Below, piece after piece: positions 11,972 to 26,900 of a stretch of DNA of 64,000 bases (the stretch's first letter is position 1; each line of letters starts with the position of its first letter). The translations under genes and the position numbers were made by a program. This stretch comes from Raillietiella orientalis (lineage: Eukaryota), in assembly GCA_036172245.1 (NCBI GenBank), contig JAYWIR010000056.1, positions 186,001 to 250,000 on the forward strand, given 5' to 3'. A model generated the notes under the pieces. It saw only the letters and a program-made list of their open reading frames with translations. It was not told the origin of the DNA and made no database searches.

Positions 11972-14900
11972 GCCACCGTTCGTTTGGTCTCGCCGCTGCC
12001 GGCTGCCGTGGCTCCTGATTGTCGTATTGAGCGCTACTGCTGCCGCTGCTACTGCTGCAGCCAGTCTGGAGAGCATCTGGTGGAGCCTTCGGCTCTCCCC
12101 ATGAGTTGCACTGACAAGATGCACTGACAAAGGCCGCCTCGGAGTCATCCGGGCGAAAAATAAAATAAAATAAATCGATCTTAGACTTCGAGCGTAGAGG
12201 AAGGAGGGAAAAGGGGAAGCGGAACCGGGAAACGAGGATTCTCGCGCGTCTGCAGAGGTCTCGGTGATGGGACGCCTTGACGGCACCTCTCTTCCTGGGT
12301 GGCTTCGACCCTACTAGCCACCTTTCTTCCGGCGCGCAGATCTGCGAGAGGAGGAGCATTCAACAGGGAAACGCGAGACGAACGGCTGGAATGAGGAATG
12401 ATTCGAAGGAAACCGTGCCCTCGTTCCTTCTCCTATCCAGGGAGGCTCGGACCCACCCCTTCCCGAATATCCCTGGGGCTCCTTGGAGGGCCATAAGGAA
12501 CCTCAGGATGGGATGTAGGTGAGGCCGGCCCCACGCTCCTTTGAGGGTCAACTGAGCGCGTTGCTCGGGAACACCCCGCCAGCCCCGTGAGAACCTCCTA
12601 GACGGTACCGGTGTTTCCACATACCGCGTGGTTCCAGGATATCAACGCTTCCGAGCAGACCTCGGCGCTTGGCTGAGCGGCATCTGGCGTCCCCGTCTTC
12701 GGCGCGTGCACTCACGCCGCCCCTCCGTCCTGGAAAGCTCCGTGCCATAAACCTGGGGCCAAGAGGGAGAGAAGGGCAAGAAGGAGCTCGTTCCGGCAGT
12801 GACCCTCTCTGCCAGGGCGTTGCGACTAAAAGGAAGGAGCCCCCTCCCCCGCATTCCTTTCGCACCTCGGATTGCAGGAGGGTCGGGTCGGCCGAAGCAA
12901 CCAGCTGCTGGCGGTGGGGTGGAAAAGAGGGTGCACGAGGCGGCTTTCGTTCCGCGCATGGCCTGGTTACCGGGCAACGATTTTCTCACCTCGCAGTCAC
13001 CTCGGGTCCCTGAGTGGAGGAGTTGTCACTAGCAAGGTTTAGGCTGCGCAGTGCGTGCACGCAACAAAAAGCTTACAGGTCGAGGTCGTCTTCCGAGGGA
13101 GATGATTCGGGAGGAGGAGGAAGCAGAGAAGCGTTGGCACTTGCGACCATCGAGCGGGTTGCGCAGAGGCCCCTTGTGACAGGGATGGGGACGGGAGCGG
13201 GGAGACGACGAAAGAGAAGAAGAGGAGGGAAGAAGGCGGAACTTACGTTCGATCTTTATCAGTGGAACAGCGTGTGCAAGATTCTCGGTTGACAAGCAAA
13301 AGGAGCAGAATTCTCCCCCTCCTTCCCTGCCTTCCCCGTAACCACAGAGGCGCTGCAGCAGCAGAGCCCCGGCTCCAGGCCCGACGCTTCCCTCCGAGGG
13401 AAAGCGCACGCGCACGCTCCGGCCGGCCTTCCTGGGAATGAAACGTCGTTGACTTCCTCCTCGTTCCGAGAAAACGCCTGGAAGATGGTCCTCATGGTGA
13501 GGGGCCCAAGCTCCGTCTCTCTCTGGAGGAAGGGGAGGGGTCAGTCCCCTTTTCCTTCGCAAGTTACTCTCCACCGAAGGACGGGTTCTCCAGTCGAGGT
13601 CCGAAGGAGTGCGGGAGGAGCGAAGGTCGGGAGAGACGCTTCCCGCTTTCCCGACCCTTTTTCTGCCTCCGGACAGGATACTGCCATGAGGCATCCGTCC
13701 CTCGGAGGGAAAGGCTAGTATGCGCCTTTCCTTCCGAGAATAGGAGAGAGCTAGGCGCCTCGTTCTGCCTCGGCGCCTCGTCTTCGGCGTCGGCGTGAGC
13801 TGTTGCTGCTTTGCGATCGGCTTCGGGCGTGCGCACGGCTCGGTGTCGGGGGAGACGCCAGAAACGCCGCTCCCGTCGGTGCTCCGCGCCGCGAGGAAGG
13901 AGGAAAGCAAGGAGAAAGAAGGGGAGAGGAGGGCACTTCTCCTTCCTCCTGCCCTCCCCTCCTCCACCTAACCCGAAGGACACTCGGAGGATTCACCCTC
14001 CTCCCCTCCCTATCTAATGGAAGCTGGGGTCTCGCCGCCGCCAGTCGCTTCCCGTCCCGTGACACCAGCAGAGCCGGGCTCGAGATTTATGGCGCCTGCT
14101 CCTGCAGCAGCGATTCGAAAGCGATTAGCCGGGGGGAGCCGCCGCGTTCCAGAAGTCACCGCCTTCCGCCGCCCGGAGCGACAAACGACGGGTCCCGCGC
14201 ACGGAGCGCAGAGGCCCCCAGCCGCTGGCTGCCGCCGCTCGATCGCCAGCGCGAACGGACACGCGATCCTCCCGCAATTAAGGTCTGATTGCCCCATCCC
14301 GCGAGCTCGCATCTCCCCGCGCGCCGAGCGCGTATCCGGTCTTCCTCCCCCCGCGCGACGGCGGCGGCCGGATACTCGGCGCGCGCGCAGAGCGGTCGGA
14401 GGCCCGAGGGAGAGCGATGACTGACAGCAGGACTTCATCCTCTTCCTCTTCTGCTGCTCCTCTACCGTCCCTCTTTCCTTTCCTCCTCCTCTTCCTCCTC
14501 GAGGAAGCGAGGGAGACGAGGAAGACGGCTCGACGTATGCGCAGTTTCGCTGCCGGTTTCCCTCCCGCCCCCGCAGCAGAGCGCGGGCGCCACCCGTGGG
14601 AAAGAGGTCCAGAATAGAGACGCTTCTTCTGGATCTTCCTGTGGACAACGGAGTCTGTCCTACCCTTCTCGGGGGTGGTCATCGTCCGCATCGCGCGGCG
14701 TGTCCTCGAGAGGTCTCTCTCCTGTTCGCAGCTTTTTCGGAATCTTGGACAGCAGACCGGAGAGACAGAGCATGAAAAGAGAAGGAAGAGGGGAGCAATC
14801 AAGGCGATTCCCGGCAGATCCCGGGATGTATCAGACGGGAGCCTCTGGTTGGTTTCAAGCGAGGCGACGGTTCCCGTCCGCGACCTCTACCATGGAGGTG

Positions 14901-17900
14901 GCGTTTCTGGGGAGAGGAGGAACAACCCTTTCCTCCGCATGCGGGTCACGTGTGCGGCACGAATCTTCGAACAAGCCGACCCCGGAGGGAGCAGGCGCTC
15001 TGACATTTGGGAACGTGGAAGCGGGACGTTCCGCACGTCGCGCGGTTTAGGGACTCCTTTGTGGCCGAACAGAGACGTCACCTTTCTTGCCGGGTCAGCT
15101 GCGTCTCTCTCTCTCTCTCGCTCTAATGGACCCGTCATCTCCTTCCGCCAGCCGTCCGAGCTCGAATCCGGCGCTCAAAAGCAAAAGACGCACTGGCGCG
15201 CTTCCTCTGGTGGTGATGCAACAAAGGAGGGGGGGGGAAGAGATACGTTGAAGATCCCAGGGAACAACGCGAGTACAGCGCGAGGTTGAATTTTCGCTCG
15301 TCACGCTCGCTCTGCGACGTGAGCGGCAATTTTCTTTCGCGTAGCTGCGCTCGCGCTAGGCATTCCAGGTGAAGCCCACGGACCGTGGATCAACTCGTGG
15401 GCTTGCGGGCGCAGGTCGGGCCCGAGTCTTTCCTCCAGGCGGTTCCCCTGGAAACGACACCTCCGCCAGAACGAGATTCAGCGTTCTCCGAAACAGCCCA
15501 AGCTGATTCCAGGGACAACGGCGATAGGCGAACATCTTTTCCGAGAACGGCTCCTACCTTCTGCCGCACGCAAAGAGAGTTCCCACGTTCCGAATCTTGG
15601 TTTTTTTTTTTTAAAAAAAACGAAGATTTTTTTTTTTGAAAAAAAAAAAGAAAGAAAGAAAAGAAGAAAAACAAAGTTAAACCAAGATCGAGATCCTGCT
15701 CTGCACCTTCCCCTGCTAGAGAGTCAGATCTTCGCCTTTGTCTGGATGAGTCTCCGACAAAGCCTTGCGACCAAGGCTTGGAGTCATCACCTCACAGAGA
15801 CCTTCCACAGTGGACGTAGGGGTTCCACACTGTACTCACTATTGCCTTCTGGCGTTTCCGGGAAAAGAGAAAGAGGAGGAGGAAGGTGGCGCTTATTTTT
15901 TTACATTTTTGCTATTACTCTCGAATTCTCTTCCCGAAAACTGCGGACTAGATTTCTTGCAGATTCCTTCTTCTGTTCGTACCGGATACTCTCAGCACCG
16001 AGAACCGATCCCCATCGTCAGATCACCGTGGCAATGGGTAACGACGGAGCAGCTTACGGCCGCGTTCGCAATAGTGCCTCGAAGCTGCAGCTGTGTACGC
16101 CCGTATCCATCTACGTGCGAGAAAACCTGGAAATACAGGGGGCACATGCGCACACGTAAGCAAATGTGCTGTATCCTCCCCTCCCCTAATTCCTGAACTC
16201 TCACTGTCCACGCTAGCGAGAAGCCGGGCCACAAAACGTGCGTGCAGGAGAGGAGCCCTGTGGAAAAACCGCAGTGACCGCTAGTGGACCGCTGAAGCTG
16301 CAGAGCGATGCTCTTCGATGGGAGCACGGAGCGAGAGAGGGCCGTTTCCTCCACCTTGCGAGAGAAGCCAGGAAGGATCGAAAAGAATCCAGGAATCACG
16401 AATGGCGATTTCCTCGAGATAAGCGGAGAGCCGTGACCCCAACCGCCGACAAACAAAGTCTCCGCGAGCTCCGGGTTGGATGGGAGGAGTTACAATGCTG
16501 TTTTTGTACACAGCGGCGCAGTCTGCTCCTATTTGCAAACACGGGGGATACACGAGCATCTGATAAGGCGATAAAGGGGGCCGAAGAATGCCCGATGCCG
16601 AACGCCGTTGATCCCGTTCTGAGCAGGTCCATTATGAGGTGGGTTGGAATAGGACCTATTTAGAATCGAGAACTCTGCCAAAGAGATTTCGACCGTGATA
16701 AGAAAGTAATCGAAAGAAATAGGCATAATGGACCTGCAAGGCCCGCGCGGGAACTGGGTCCCGAAGAACTGGGCCCGGAAGCCGCGTGATTTTCTGCGGG
16801 AATTTTTTTTTTTCTCCCCTCGTGGGTTTTCGGAGGAGTCCGCCTCATGGGAAGGATTTTGAAAGATTCACAAGACTTGGAGCTCATCAGAGTGGCCATC
16901 TCCTCCCGCGCCTCCGGAAATCGTCGCCGTCCCTATGGGGGACCGCGTGTCAGCAAACAACTCGTACCAAAAGGAAAAGTTCGAGGCCTGCAAATCCGTG
17001 GTTCCAACTGAGGTTTTTCGGTTCGGCCGGCTCCATTCCAGTACATCACTTTGGGAGCACAGTGCCATTGCTCCTGGAGAGTTATCTCTGCCAGAAAAAA
17101 AAGAAAAAAGAGAGAAAGAAAAGCAAGAAAGAAAGAAATGCTTTCTTCGAACTCTGAGCCGAGCCGGCGAAGTTCTGAGATCTTCGTTTCTTTTTTTTTT
17201 TGCATCTGGGCCTGGCGTGGGTACACCTCATGTTATCTGCGTGCTCATCTCCGGCGGATTTTCCTCGCTCATCCTTGCTCCAATAAAAAGCACGGCCGAA
17301 AGGAAATCGCGAGGCGCAGTAGGCAGAGGGGCACCGCGGAAGAAATTTTCGGGAAGGTTTCCGGAATGCAGGATGGAAAAGCCGTGCCTGAACACTCCTT
17401 TCCCTTGCTTCTCGTAGGAACGCTTCGGAGGGGAGAGGAAGCTTTAGGTCTGAGCTCGATGAGGCCCTCTTAGTAGGCAGGATGGCTTGGGGAGCGTCAC
17501 TCTTTATTTCGCGCGAGTTAGCACACAAGGTTGTCGTGAGGGTTTCCAAGGGATTAAGGGTGTGCGAGGAAGACACAACTAATAATGCTTCGTGTTTGCG
17601 GACGCTCCTCTGGACGCTACGGCGTCCTCGCTGGGAGCCGTCCTCAAGCACTTCTGGACATTCATTACGGAATCAATTCCCAACTTCTAGTCCGTCAAGA
17701 TTGGAAGGTTGGTTCATTCAGCCCCATTGCACGGGGGCTAAGAGGAAAATCCCCACGAATGGAATGGTGACCTTACGATGAGCTGCTGTGAGGCTCCCAT
17801 CGGTCGAGGGCGAGGAAATCGCCATCCATGCTGTCCACCCCGAACGCATCAGCGCGCGCCCTAGCCACCACCGGCACCACCGCTTGAGCTAGACACCAGA

Positions 17901-20900
17901 TTCGAGACCGTCGCTGAGTCACACGAGACGAATGCGTGCCGTTAACCCGAGGTGAAGATAGATAAACACATTGGGTGTGCCCCTACATGTTTCAGAAGTT
18001 GGAAAAAAAAAGAGAAGAAGAACAGGAAAAGTGCCTGAATGCCCCTTCGTTTGCAGAGTGTGCAACTTCTCCCTAACTGCACGGGTGGGCAGTCTTTTCG
18101 ATTCGTTTCCTCGTAGCCCCCATCCCGGGCAGCCGCTATTCATCAGGAAGCTCCCTCCGAAGAGCGCGCACAAAGTGACCGTGAAGGAAAATGGCTGTAC
18201 CGTAAGAAAAAGCAGCCGGAGCGCCATCGCTGCAAGCAGACACGTGGGGCTCGCAGCTAGGAAGAAAAGGGCAAAATAAGGATGAAACCAAGGCAAAGGG
18301 AGTGAGGAGAACAGCAAGCAGAGGCTGCCGGAAAAACCTCATGCGACCAAGCGTCCTGCTGAGCGAGCTTTCCCAGGACTCCCGTCCTAGGAAGTTCTCG
18401 ACAGAGTCCGGTTGAAACAGAAAGCACTCTTGATCTGTTTCCTTGGTCCTCAGTGTCGATCTCGCCCTTCCTTCCGCTCCCTTACAGGTCCTCTCGGAAG
18501 TCCTCTCATGGGCAATCTTCTACTACGAATCGGCTGGGACGGAGGGAAAGGGATAGGCAGGGTGAGGAGGTTACTCGGAGTCACCGAGGGAGTAGGCAGT
18601 TCGGCAAGTGAATATCATGTGTCTTCTCAGCATGCAACAAGGGGTCATCCGTGGTCGGAACACGTGAAGCGTGTGACGTCTTGAAGCTTTCTCGCGTCAT
18701 ATGCAAGGGAGGTAAAAAAAAAAAAAAAAAAAAAAAAAACAGGGAAAAAAAAAAGAAAGCACTTTTTTGCTGGGTCACGGCGCTAGCGGAAGTCCTCTTT
18801 CATCTAGCTGCTCCGTTTTGTTTTGCTTTTCCATCCCCGTAGCGACCAGCTTCCTCAGCGGCATTGCGACAGGGGTTGGCATCCTCCCCTCCCACCCGTT
18901 CCGAGAGGACGAGGTCAAAAAAGGAAAAATCCTCCGCTCTTGCCGGAGCGTATGGCGCTCAGATGGATGCTCGGCTCCTCTCTGCGGCGGCGGGAGACGA
19001 AGGGCCCCTTGCGGCAGTACCAGACTCGCGGGCGCTCTCAACTACCTGACGGTAAATCTCCAAAACTAACATGTGTTGTCGCTCGCGGAGTGTGCAAAAG
19101 GGGGAGAGGATGATCCCATCAATCTGCGAGGCGAGGGTGGAGTAAACAGCTAATTGTCTACAGCTTCGACCGCCCATGTAATTATTCTTTTTCTGGAACG
19201 GAAAGCCTTCCTTCGGATTTTTCCTCGTCTCTGCCGTCGCTCGGAACGGTCAGCTTCCGTTAAAAGTCGTCACTGTCGGAGTCAGCGACGGCGGCGGATC
19301 GTTTCTCTTCGCAAAGTGGTCGCAGATGGGGGGGGGGGGGGGAAACAAAAGTCGAAAAGAAACTTTCCGTTACTCCGTGGTGATCAAAGGCACGTGCTGG
19401 CGCTTGGATGAAGAAGGATGGCGGGCCATCTCCCGAGCAAGACGCCGTTTTTTTTCTTTTGGCGAAGAGGCTGAGGCTACGGGAGGCGACGGCGCGCTTT
19501 GCGCCGGCAGCGCGGGGCGAGCCCGGGTCCACTCGCGTGATGGAGTGGCCGCATCCGAGGCTGAGAGACTTGGAGGAGTCTCCTCTCCTTTTCCATCCTT
19601 CGTTTCCGCGTCTAATTGTCTTCCTCCTCTCTCTTTTTTGCTTCCATTCCTCGCGAGACCGTGTTCCAGGTTATAATTAGGAGACTCCTTTCGGTTATTT
19701 TTCCTTCCTTTCCCGAATTTCACTTCCGCTCCGAAAATTAATCACTTCGCCCAAAGCCGCATCCAGAGCGCAGCCTGGTCGTTCCTGCGATCTCCGTCCC
19801 AAGTCGTGTACCAGCTCGGACGTGTGAGTTTCCAAACCGACTCTTCGCCACAGAAGCCAATCCCCCCCTTTCTTACCTTTTTTTTTTCCTCCTTCCCCTC
19901 CCCTCCTTTCTGGTGCCTTCTTCGCTGGTTCTGCAGTGCATATTTCTTGTGACCGGAAAGAAGAAAGTGTGGACTGGAAGATTTGACAAATTATATATCC
20001 ACTGATAAAATCTTCAAGATCGATGGCGGAAAATGGAGGAACCTTTCTCACTCTCTCTCTGCGAAGCGATTGTTTTACGCGCGCCGCTGCAAAAAAAACG
20101 GCATCTGCAGCATCCGCAGAGCGCTTTCCATTCAGTGAGTTCCTCAGAGTTAAACATGTTAATTAGCCCAACAGACGATCATAACTCGTCTCGCACTCGG
20201 AGAGAGTAATAAATATAAATATATATATATATATACACACACACACACGAAAAAAAAAAAAATCTCCACTCTCCCAGAAACGGTTCGCTTTTGTGCCGAT
20301 GTAAAAAAAAAACTTTCGGGTCTTTTTTTTTCCCATTTTCCTCTTTTTTTTTTTTTTTTCTTTTCCCCCTCCCCTTCTTCCACTGTCTTCCAGGTCCCTC
20401 CTCCCGTCGCTTTTCCGTGTTTCTTTTAACATTTTCATACCGTAAATAATTTTCCGAAAATTGTTTGCCTGTTACAAATGAGCAGCAGTTAGCGGAGAGC
20501 TGCGCATCGGTTTGGGGTCCTTTGCTGGCTGCTGGCAAATTGAAAAAATTGAGGTCGAGGAAAGCCTTCACCTGTTGGCGCAGCAGCAGAGGACGCAGGG
20601 CAGCAGCAGCAGCAGCAGCTCGCTGTTTACATAAGCCGAGTCACGGCGTGCATCCGCCGCGGTGGTGGCGGTGGGTTCTTCCGATTTGGAGGTGGCAAGG
20701 GAATGGGGGATCCAAAAGGCGGGAAAACGGAGTGCGCGCATGCGCGCGCTCGGGGATGAAGGCGAGAAGAGAGTGAGAGGCAGGGAAGGGAAGATCCGAA
20801 GGAAAAATCAGGTGACTTGTGCAGTCCAGGCGCAATCCCTCGGGGTCAAACGCTGCGATCACTCGGGTCCACGGTTTTCGAGAATACGATAGAGCCGCAG

Positions 20901-23900
20901 GTCTGCAGCTGAGAAGGATCTCGCAATCCCCCAGCTGGTCTACGCTCCCGGTGACTGCGATGAATTCCACCGCCGTAGGCCGCATTTGTGAAGAGTGCAG
21001 TCAACGCGGTCGTCGTAGGCTGAGGTTACGACGGATGCTGGTGGTCAGCGGGTGGAAAGCTGGCAGCTGCAATCGCAACGAGTCTGCGGATCTGCCTGCC
21101 TCTTCCTTTTTGCATTTCTTTTAGTTCTTCGGTCCAGTTACTAGCAGTTAACGTGTCCGATGATTAATCTCTCTCGAGCTGAATCCTCAAGCCAAATCAC
21201 TTTCTTTGCGCGCTCGTCACAGAGCTTGTTGCGATCGGCCGAGGCTCGGGAATCACAGTTCCTCCGGGCACCATCGGGAACTGTGGAAACGAGCTGGAAG
21301 GTCCTTTGCGACCGCTCCTTACGTGTCCCCCTTCTCCTCCCCTTCGTGCGCTCGTCTTGAAGTCCGGCTCCACGAGCAGGGAACCTGCGCCGCTTTCAGG
21401 ATAGGACGTTCGCAAGAACCGAGCATGCGCAACGCGCCATTCGATGCTTCGCTTTTGATTTGCCGCCGCGCTTCGGCTGCCGCGGGTTTGCGTCCCCATT
21501 TCCTTCTTCCCGGGCACGATCCGCTGAGCGCCGCCGCTGCTGGTGCCGGAGTCGAATTCCCCGAGCGGGTGCTTCGTTTCTGCCGGAGGGCAGGACGGCT
21601 GCCGGGCAGCACGCGCCACCAGGCACCCTGAAGGAAATCCCCCATCCCTGCCATCCTGACGGCGCGGAGGGAGCCGCATTTGGCGAGTGCTAATGGTCCC
21701 GGCAGAGACGACGATTCGAAGATGAAAGCGTTTGGATTATCTTTGATTAATTTCTTCCTTTCAGATGATCCCGGCAGCGTCCGGACCGAGTGGATGATGA
21801 ACCCGCAAATAAAGACGTCACCGCTTGCTTGTTTGCTCTCTTCCTGGTCCCACTTAATGAAACGTTCCCTTTTTCCAGATGCACAAAGCGGCCTTCCCGG
21901 GCTGACGCTCGGATGCAGATTAAAATCCGAGCAGCAGATCCGGACCGTGCCGCATCACCTCTTCGTGCAGCTTCCGTGCCGCCTGAATCACTGATAGGGC
22001 TGAAAGGATTACCCGCCCATTGTTTTAAGCGCGAGGCATCTGCGCATCTCCCGCAGCCTCCGGAAGCCGTCGATAAGTTGCCGACTCTTTCGCAGCCCAT
22101 TTGCATGGGTGGGGAACAGGTGTCCCTGCCCCGCTGCCGGGATGCCCATTCCCGACTTTCATCTTGGATTACTTCGGCCGCGTTCAAAGGATGCTCTCCT
22201 TTCCCCGGAGGGGAAGGGCATGGGGAGAACCCCACGCAGGGGATCGTCTTCCTGGGAGTCGTTGCGGTCTTCCCAGGGGAAAGTGGACCCCAGAACCGCA
22301 ACGGCGAAAAGGGAAGAGGAGTCGCTCCTGAGAAGAGGCGCTTCCCGGTTCCCGGAGGCCGAAAGACCCGGTAAGTAGCAGAGCGCAGGGGGCCCTGAGA
22401 CCCTCCTCTGCTCCCCCAGGGGCGGATTCGCTCCCGCAGGCACGGCAACTGCGTACGCTGCTGACTCGCAGCGTCCTCGCGCCGCGGAGTGGTGTGAGGG
22501 CTGATCCGTCCGGAAAAGCCCCCACACGGCCCTTCTCCCGGCTTCGGGAGGGAGGGTCCCGCGGGAGTCGGTCTGCCTCTTTTGGGGAGGATGGGGAAGC
22601 GCATCATCCGAGCGGTCCTCCCTCGTCCCTTAGCGACGCTCACCGGCGTGGAGGCAGAGCGGGCACGGATGACGCGGCTCCCTCGTTTCCCTTTCCGGGG
22701 AGGAGAAGGAGAGGGAGCAAAGGTGGAGGGGGATCGTCTCTCGCTCCTCCCCTCTCTGGAAGCATTGCCATCACTGGAAACTCCGCTTCCTGCTCTGCGG
22801 GTGTCCGGGTCGTCCCCCAGTGGCGCTCGCGCCGAATCCGCTCCCTGGAGCCCCGATTGGACCTCGACGGCGTGGGGCTACTTCTCTCTCCCCTCCTGGA
22901 GGCGTCCAGGAGGCTCCTCACTGGGAGGAAGGGGAGGGGGAGGTCCTGCGCCTCTGTTGCAGACCGAGGGGGACCTCCCGGCGCTCTCGTTCGAGACGCG
23001 CCCCCACAGGGCGACGGAAAGCGAAAGGGAGAGCGCGAGGTTTTCACTCCCCTCCTCCTTCCCCGAGCTCCCTCGCCACTGCCGGCACTCACCTGGTACG
23101 GGGGGAATTCCCGGAAATCCCGGGACTCTCCCCTCTCTCCCCCCGCCGCCGGCGATGTGACCGTTGCCAACCGCATCATGTTCACCCCAAGGAAGCTCTA
23201 AGGGCCTCTCCCGACGGCGGCGGCTGCGACCTTCCCAACCCTTTTTGCCTTTTCGGGGCCTCCCTCTTTTTTTTCCTTTTTTTCCTCCTCCCCTCCTCTT
23301 CCTTTCCCATCATCCTTTTCCTCCGGGTGCGTCTCCCAGAGGAAGCATCTGCGAGGGCATTATTTACGCCGGGCTGAACCGGGACGGGGAGGAGGGGAAC
23401 GGGGCCGATCCTTCCCCGGGCATAGCGCTCTTCCTCCCGACCGAAGCAACAATGCGCTCCGAAACGGGAACGGCGGCCGGGACTCTCCGAGCGTTTCAAT
23501 CCCTTTTTTACTTCCATTTAGACTCTCCCTCGCCTGTTAAATTGGGTCTTTCCTCCCGGAAAAGGTGGGCATCCCCCATTGTAGCCCGCTCGGTCACGCC
23601 CGCGCTTAATGGCGCTGAACGAATCGCCGATACCGGGGATCGACAATGGACAAACCCTTTCGGTCCCACTCGAGGAGCGCTGGCATCCCTGCGTGGCCTC
23701 TCCCGCCTCCCCGAGAACGCTTCTCCCTCCGCCAGCGGCGAGGCAGGAGGCGGTTCGACCCTAGTCGGCCCAAAGCACCACCCACCCTAGGCGCGCTCGC
23801 TCGCACGAATCTCGAACTTCCTCTACCGTCGGCGCTGCTGACTGCGCCCTCCGCTGCACCGGGAGACAGGGGGTGCTGATCCTGCTCGAAAAGCTGTACC

Positions 23901-26900
23901 GACAGGGTTCTCCTGCTGCTGATCCTCGGTTCAGGAGATGGACCGACCTTTTTGCTCCAGGTTGGCTGTGGCAACCCTGACTACGCCTGCGCTTGAGGCA
24001 TGCTCGGTAGCGCCCGCTTCCAGGGTCACCTGCGCGCCTGCGCGCTCATACCTTCCTCGTCATCCGCCTCGTTCGTCGCCCCTCCTGCCTTCCTGGAACA
24101 GCGGGGAAAGAAGGGGAGTGGAAGAGGGCGCGCCGCCATTGTCTCCGTCCCTGTTCCTGCGAGGGAGGAGGGAAGAGGTGGCGCGCCCTCCGGCGACTCT
24201 TGCGCCCCACCCAGCAAGACCCCTGCCGAGCACCTCCACGCAAGGAGGGGACACCAAAGGAGGAGGAGTCGGCCTCTCCCTCTTCCGTTCCTCCATACGA
24301 GGCAGTGCGGAACCCTTGGTAAGAGGGAAAAGGAAAGGAGAGATGATGAACGCTCGGGACTGCTCCAGGAAGGCGCATTCTCTTCGCTCCTCCTCTGTCT
24401 TTCGCATCTGCCGCCGGCCACCGGAGTTCCTATCCCGCCTTCCTTCCAAGGAAGACCCCGGGATGGGGGTGGCACGCGTCCTGGATCCGTTCGCCGCCTT
24501 CGGCATCCTCCAGCGCCGGCCCGTGACGGAGACGAGGTTGCCAGGGGCAACGCACTCTCGTCTTTCCCTGTTCCCGCTCCGGGAGGTGGAAGATCCCCAG
24601 CCCGGCTAGCCTGCGACCCTTTTTCTTTGAGTGTGAAGCAAGGAGCAAGGAGAGGAGAGGAAAGAGGGGGAAGATGAAAGGACGAAAGGCAGAAATTCCT
24701 TCCCTGGTGACTCCGGGTCGCTTCCACCGTCGGGTCGCCCCTGGAGTTCCCTTCTTCCTCCGCTGCTGCCCGCAGCCGTCCGATTGCCGTTCCTCCGCGG
24801 CACGACGACAACAGCGGCTGCTCCAGCGACAGCTTCCTTTTATGAGCCACTCCTTCGTCAAGGCGCGCGTCAAGGAGCTGCGGATCTCCCTCTGGAGGTC
24901 GTAAATCTCCGCCTCTAGGCATTCCTTTCCTCTGCATTCCCCCCCCCCCCCATCCCCCGCAAGAAGAGACGGCAGCAGCAGCGGCAATTAATCCAAGCCT
25001 CTCTCGAGGCTCATTAAAGCTGGTGAGATCACATACGGCTGCTCCTCCTCTTCTTCCCCCTCCGGAGGCGCGTCCCGCCTCTGCACCGCCACGGCAACAG
25101 ACGGACATGCTCGCTGGAGACAGCGGACGCGCGCGCATCCATCTTTCACCCCTTTCTAATTTCGGAGGAAACTGCACCTTGGGAAGGACGCGCTCTGAGA
25201 CTAAGCGAAAGGAAGGGCTGAGGGGAGAAAAAGAACGATCTTTCCGTCCTGCTGGGAGAGCGCGGCGGGGAAAGAGGAAAGGAGCGAGCGGGAGAGTCCT
25301 GAGGAGGGGGAAACGGGAAGTCGGGTTGGTACAGAAGAGGTCGGATGTTCCGCCTCCTGTGGCGAGTGGAATGGCGGTGGCATCCGCCTCGATCAGTGAA
25401 GGATGGCGCGAGAGGATGCCCGCCGGCCGAAGCGTTGAGGAGCACCGAGGCGGATTTCCTCCTCCTCCTACTCACCACGACCACCATCATCAGCTCCATC
25501 ACGTACATCAGCAGCACAGTTCCCCTTCTCTCGTTCTCATGCTTACTCTCCTCGCTTCCAGATCGCATTCCATCTCACCACCTCTGTCTCCTGGGATACG
25601 GCCGCCTTCGTTCTCTTCACAGTCCGAGAAGGCAGACCGAGTCATTTCCCTGACCCGACACTCCCACCTCATCCTGAAACACATGGACAAAGAGTCGCCC
25701 TCCGATCAGATGAGGCATGCCAGAATTGGAGCACCTCCTCTCTTTGAGCTATGAGACCGATCCTTTCCTCCCTCCCTGCAGAGAAACCGCGCCCAAAGAG
25801 GGACGTAGAGCTCAGCCCTCTCGGTCTCTCCTGCTTCTGCCGCCTTTTTTCGCAACTACTGCGCGCGCACTTCCACCATCCTCCCCTTTTCGTTTCAGAC
25901 GACAGCATGATCGGCGTCCTCGTCCGTCCGTCCGACAACGAGAGAAATCTCGATCGAATTTTTCTCCAAGTTTCCTCCCAATCCAGTCGCATCCCCATCC
26001 TTGCGCCGTCTTGCTGGAGCAAGCCCTCATCACCGCCTTCTCCCCGAGAGGAAATCCTTTGTTGGTCTTATCCTCACTTCTACCTCTCACTTCGGGAGCC
26101 ACGGCTTTCTTTTGGAGTTCACCCTCTGTAGGATGGATCGCAGACTCGCTGCGCTGCTCCTTCATCGTCCTCCCATTCTTCCTGCTCCTGTGGGCGAGAA
26201 AGCGGAGGGTCCACCTGTCGCTATCTTCTTCTTCTCCTCCTCCTCCTTCTGCTGCTGTTGCTGCAGTCGCGGGACAGGATCGCCAACAGACGGGATCGGA
26301 GACCACTCTCAGCTTCCGGGAGAGGATCAGTGCATAAGAGCATCGCTTCCAGTCTCAACGTCATGTTCTATGGAGAGGGTCAAAGACTTCCGGGCTTCCT
26401 CTTCCAGTGCGAGATGAACGCTTGCGGGCATTGAGGATATTCAGCGTGGAACGCCTGTTGACCACCTGGTGAAAGCAGCCTCCTGCTGCAGGCCGCGGGG
26501 ATGAGGAGACATCCAGGAATAATTCCTGCAGTAGGAATACCGGTGGACGGTGGATGTCCACTGCTGAGACTGCAGGAGTGCCGTGGTGGCTCGAAGATCA
26601 GAGCTCCCTCTTCTTCCTCACATGCCCCCCCCTTAGTGAACCCCCATCCCGGCTCCACGAGGCTGGCTTAGCACAGAAAGCCCGAGGCCCCAAGCGGAGA
26701 GATCCCAGGAAGCGCTCTTACGTGTCATTGCCAAGTGTGTGCGTGGGTTCGCCCCATTCAGGACGGCCTTCCTGGAACACCTCGTTTTTCAAAATGGCGA
26801 GCGGGTTCGGAGCTTCCTTCTTACCTCTCCCTATTCGCCTCTGACCCCCTCCTCCAGCTGGATCCTCTCTCCGCTTCGGCCAACTCTCCCGATGAGAACA

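Noticed and set aside
17500..17900. Possible 3' end of a restriction-like-endonuclease LINE on the minus strand
   Set aside because: Only vague motif resemblance across several frames.
24026..25754. 383-aa minus-strand ORF and a His-rich plus-strand ORF
   Set aside because: Low complexity, no family motif and no convincing splice chain.
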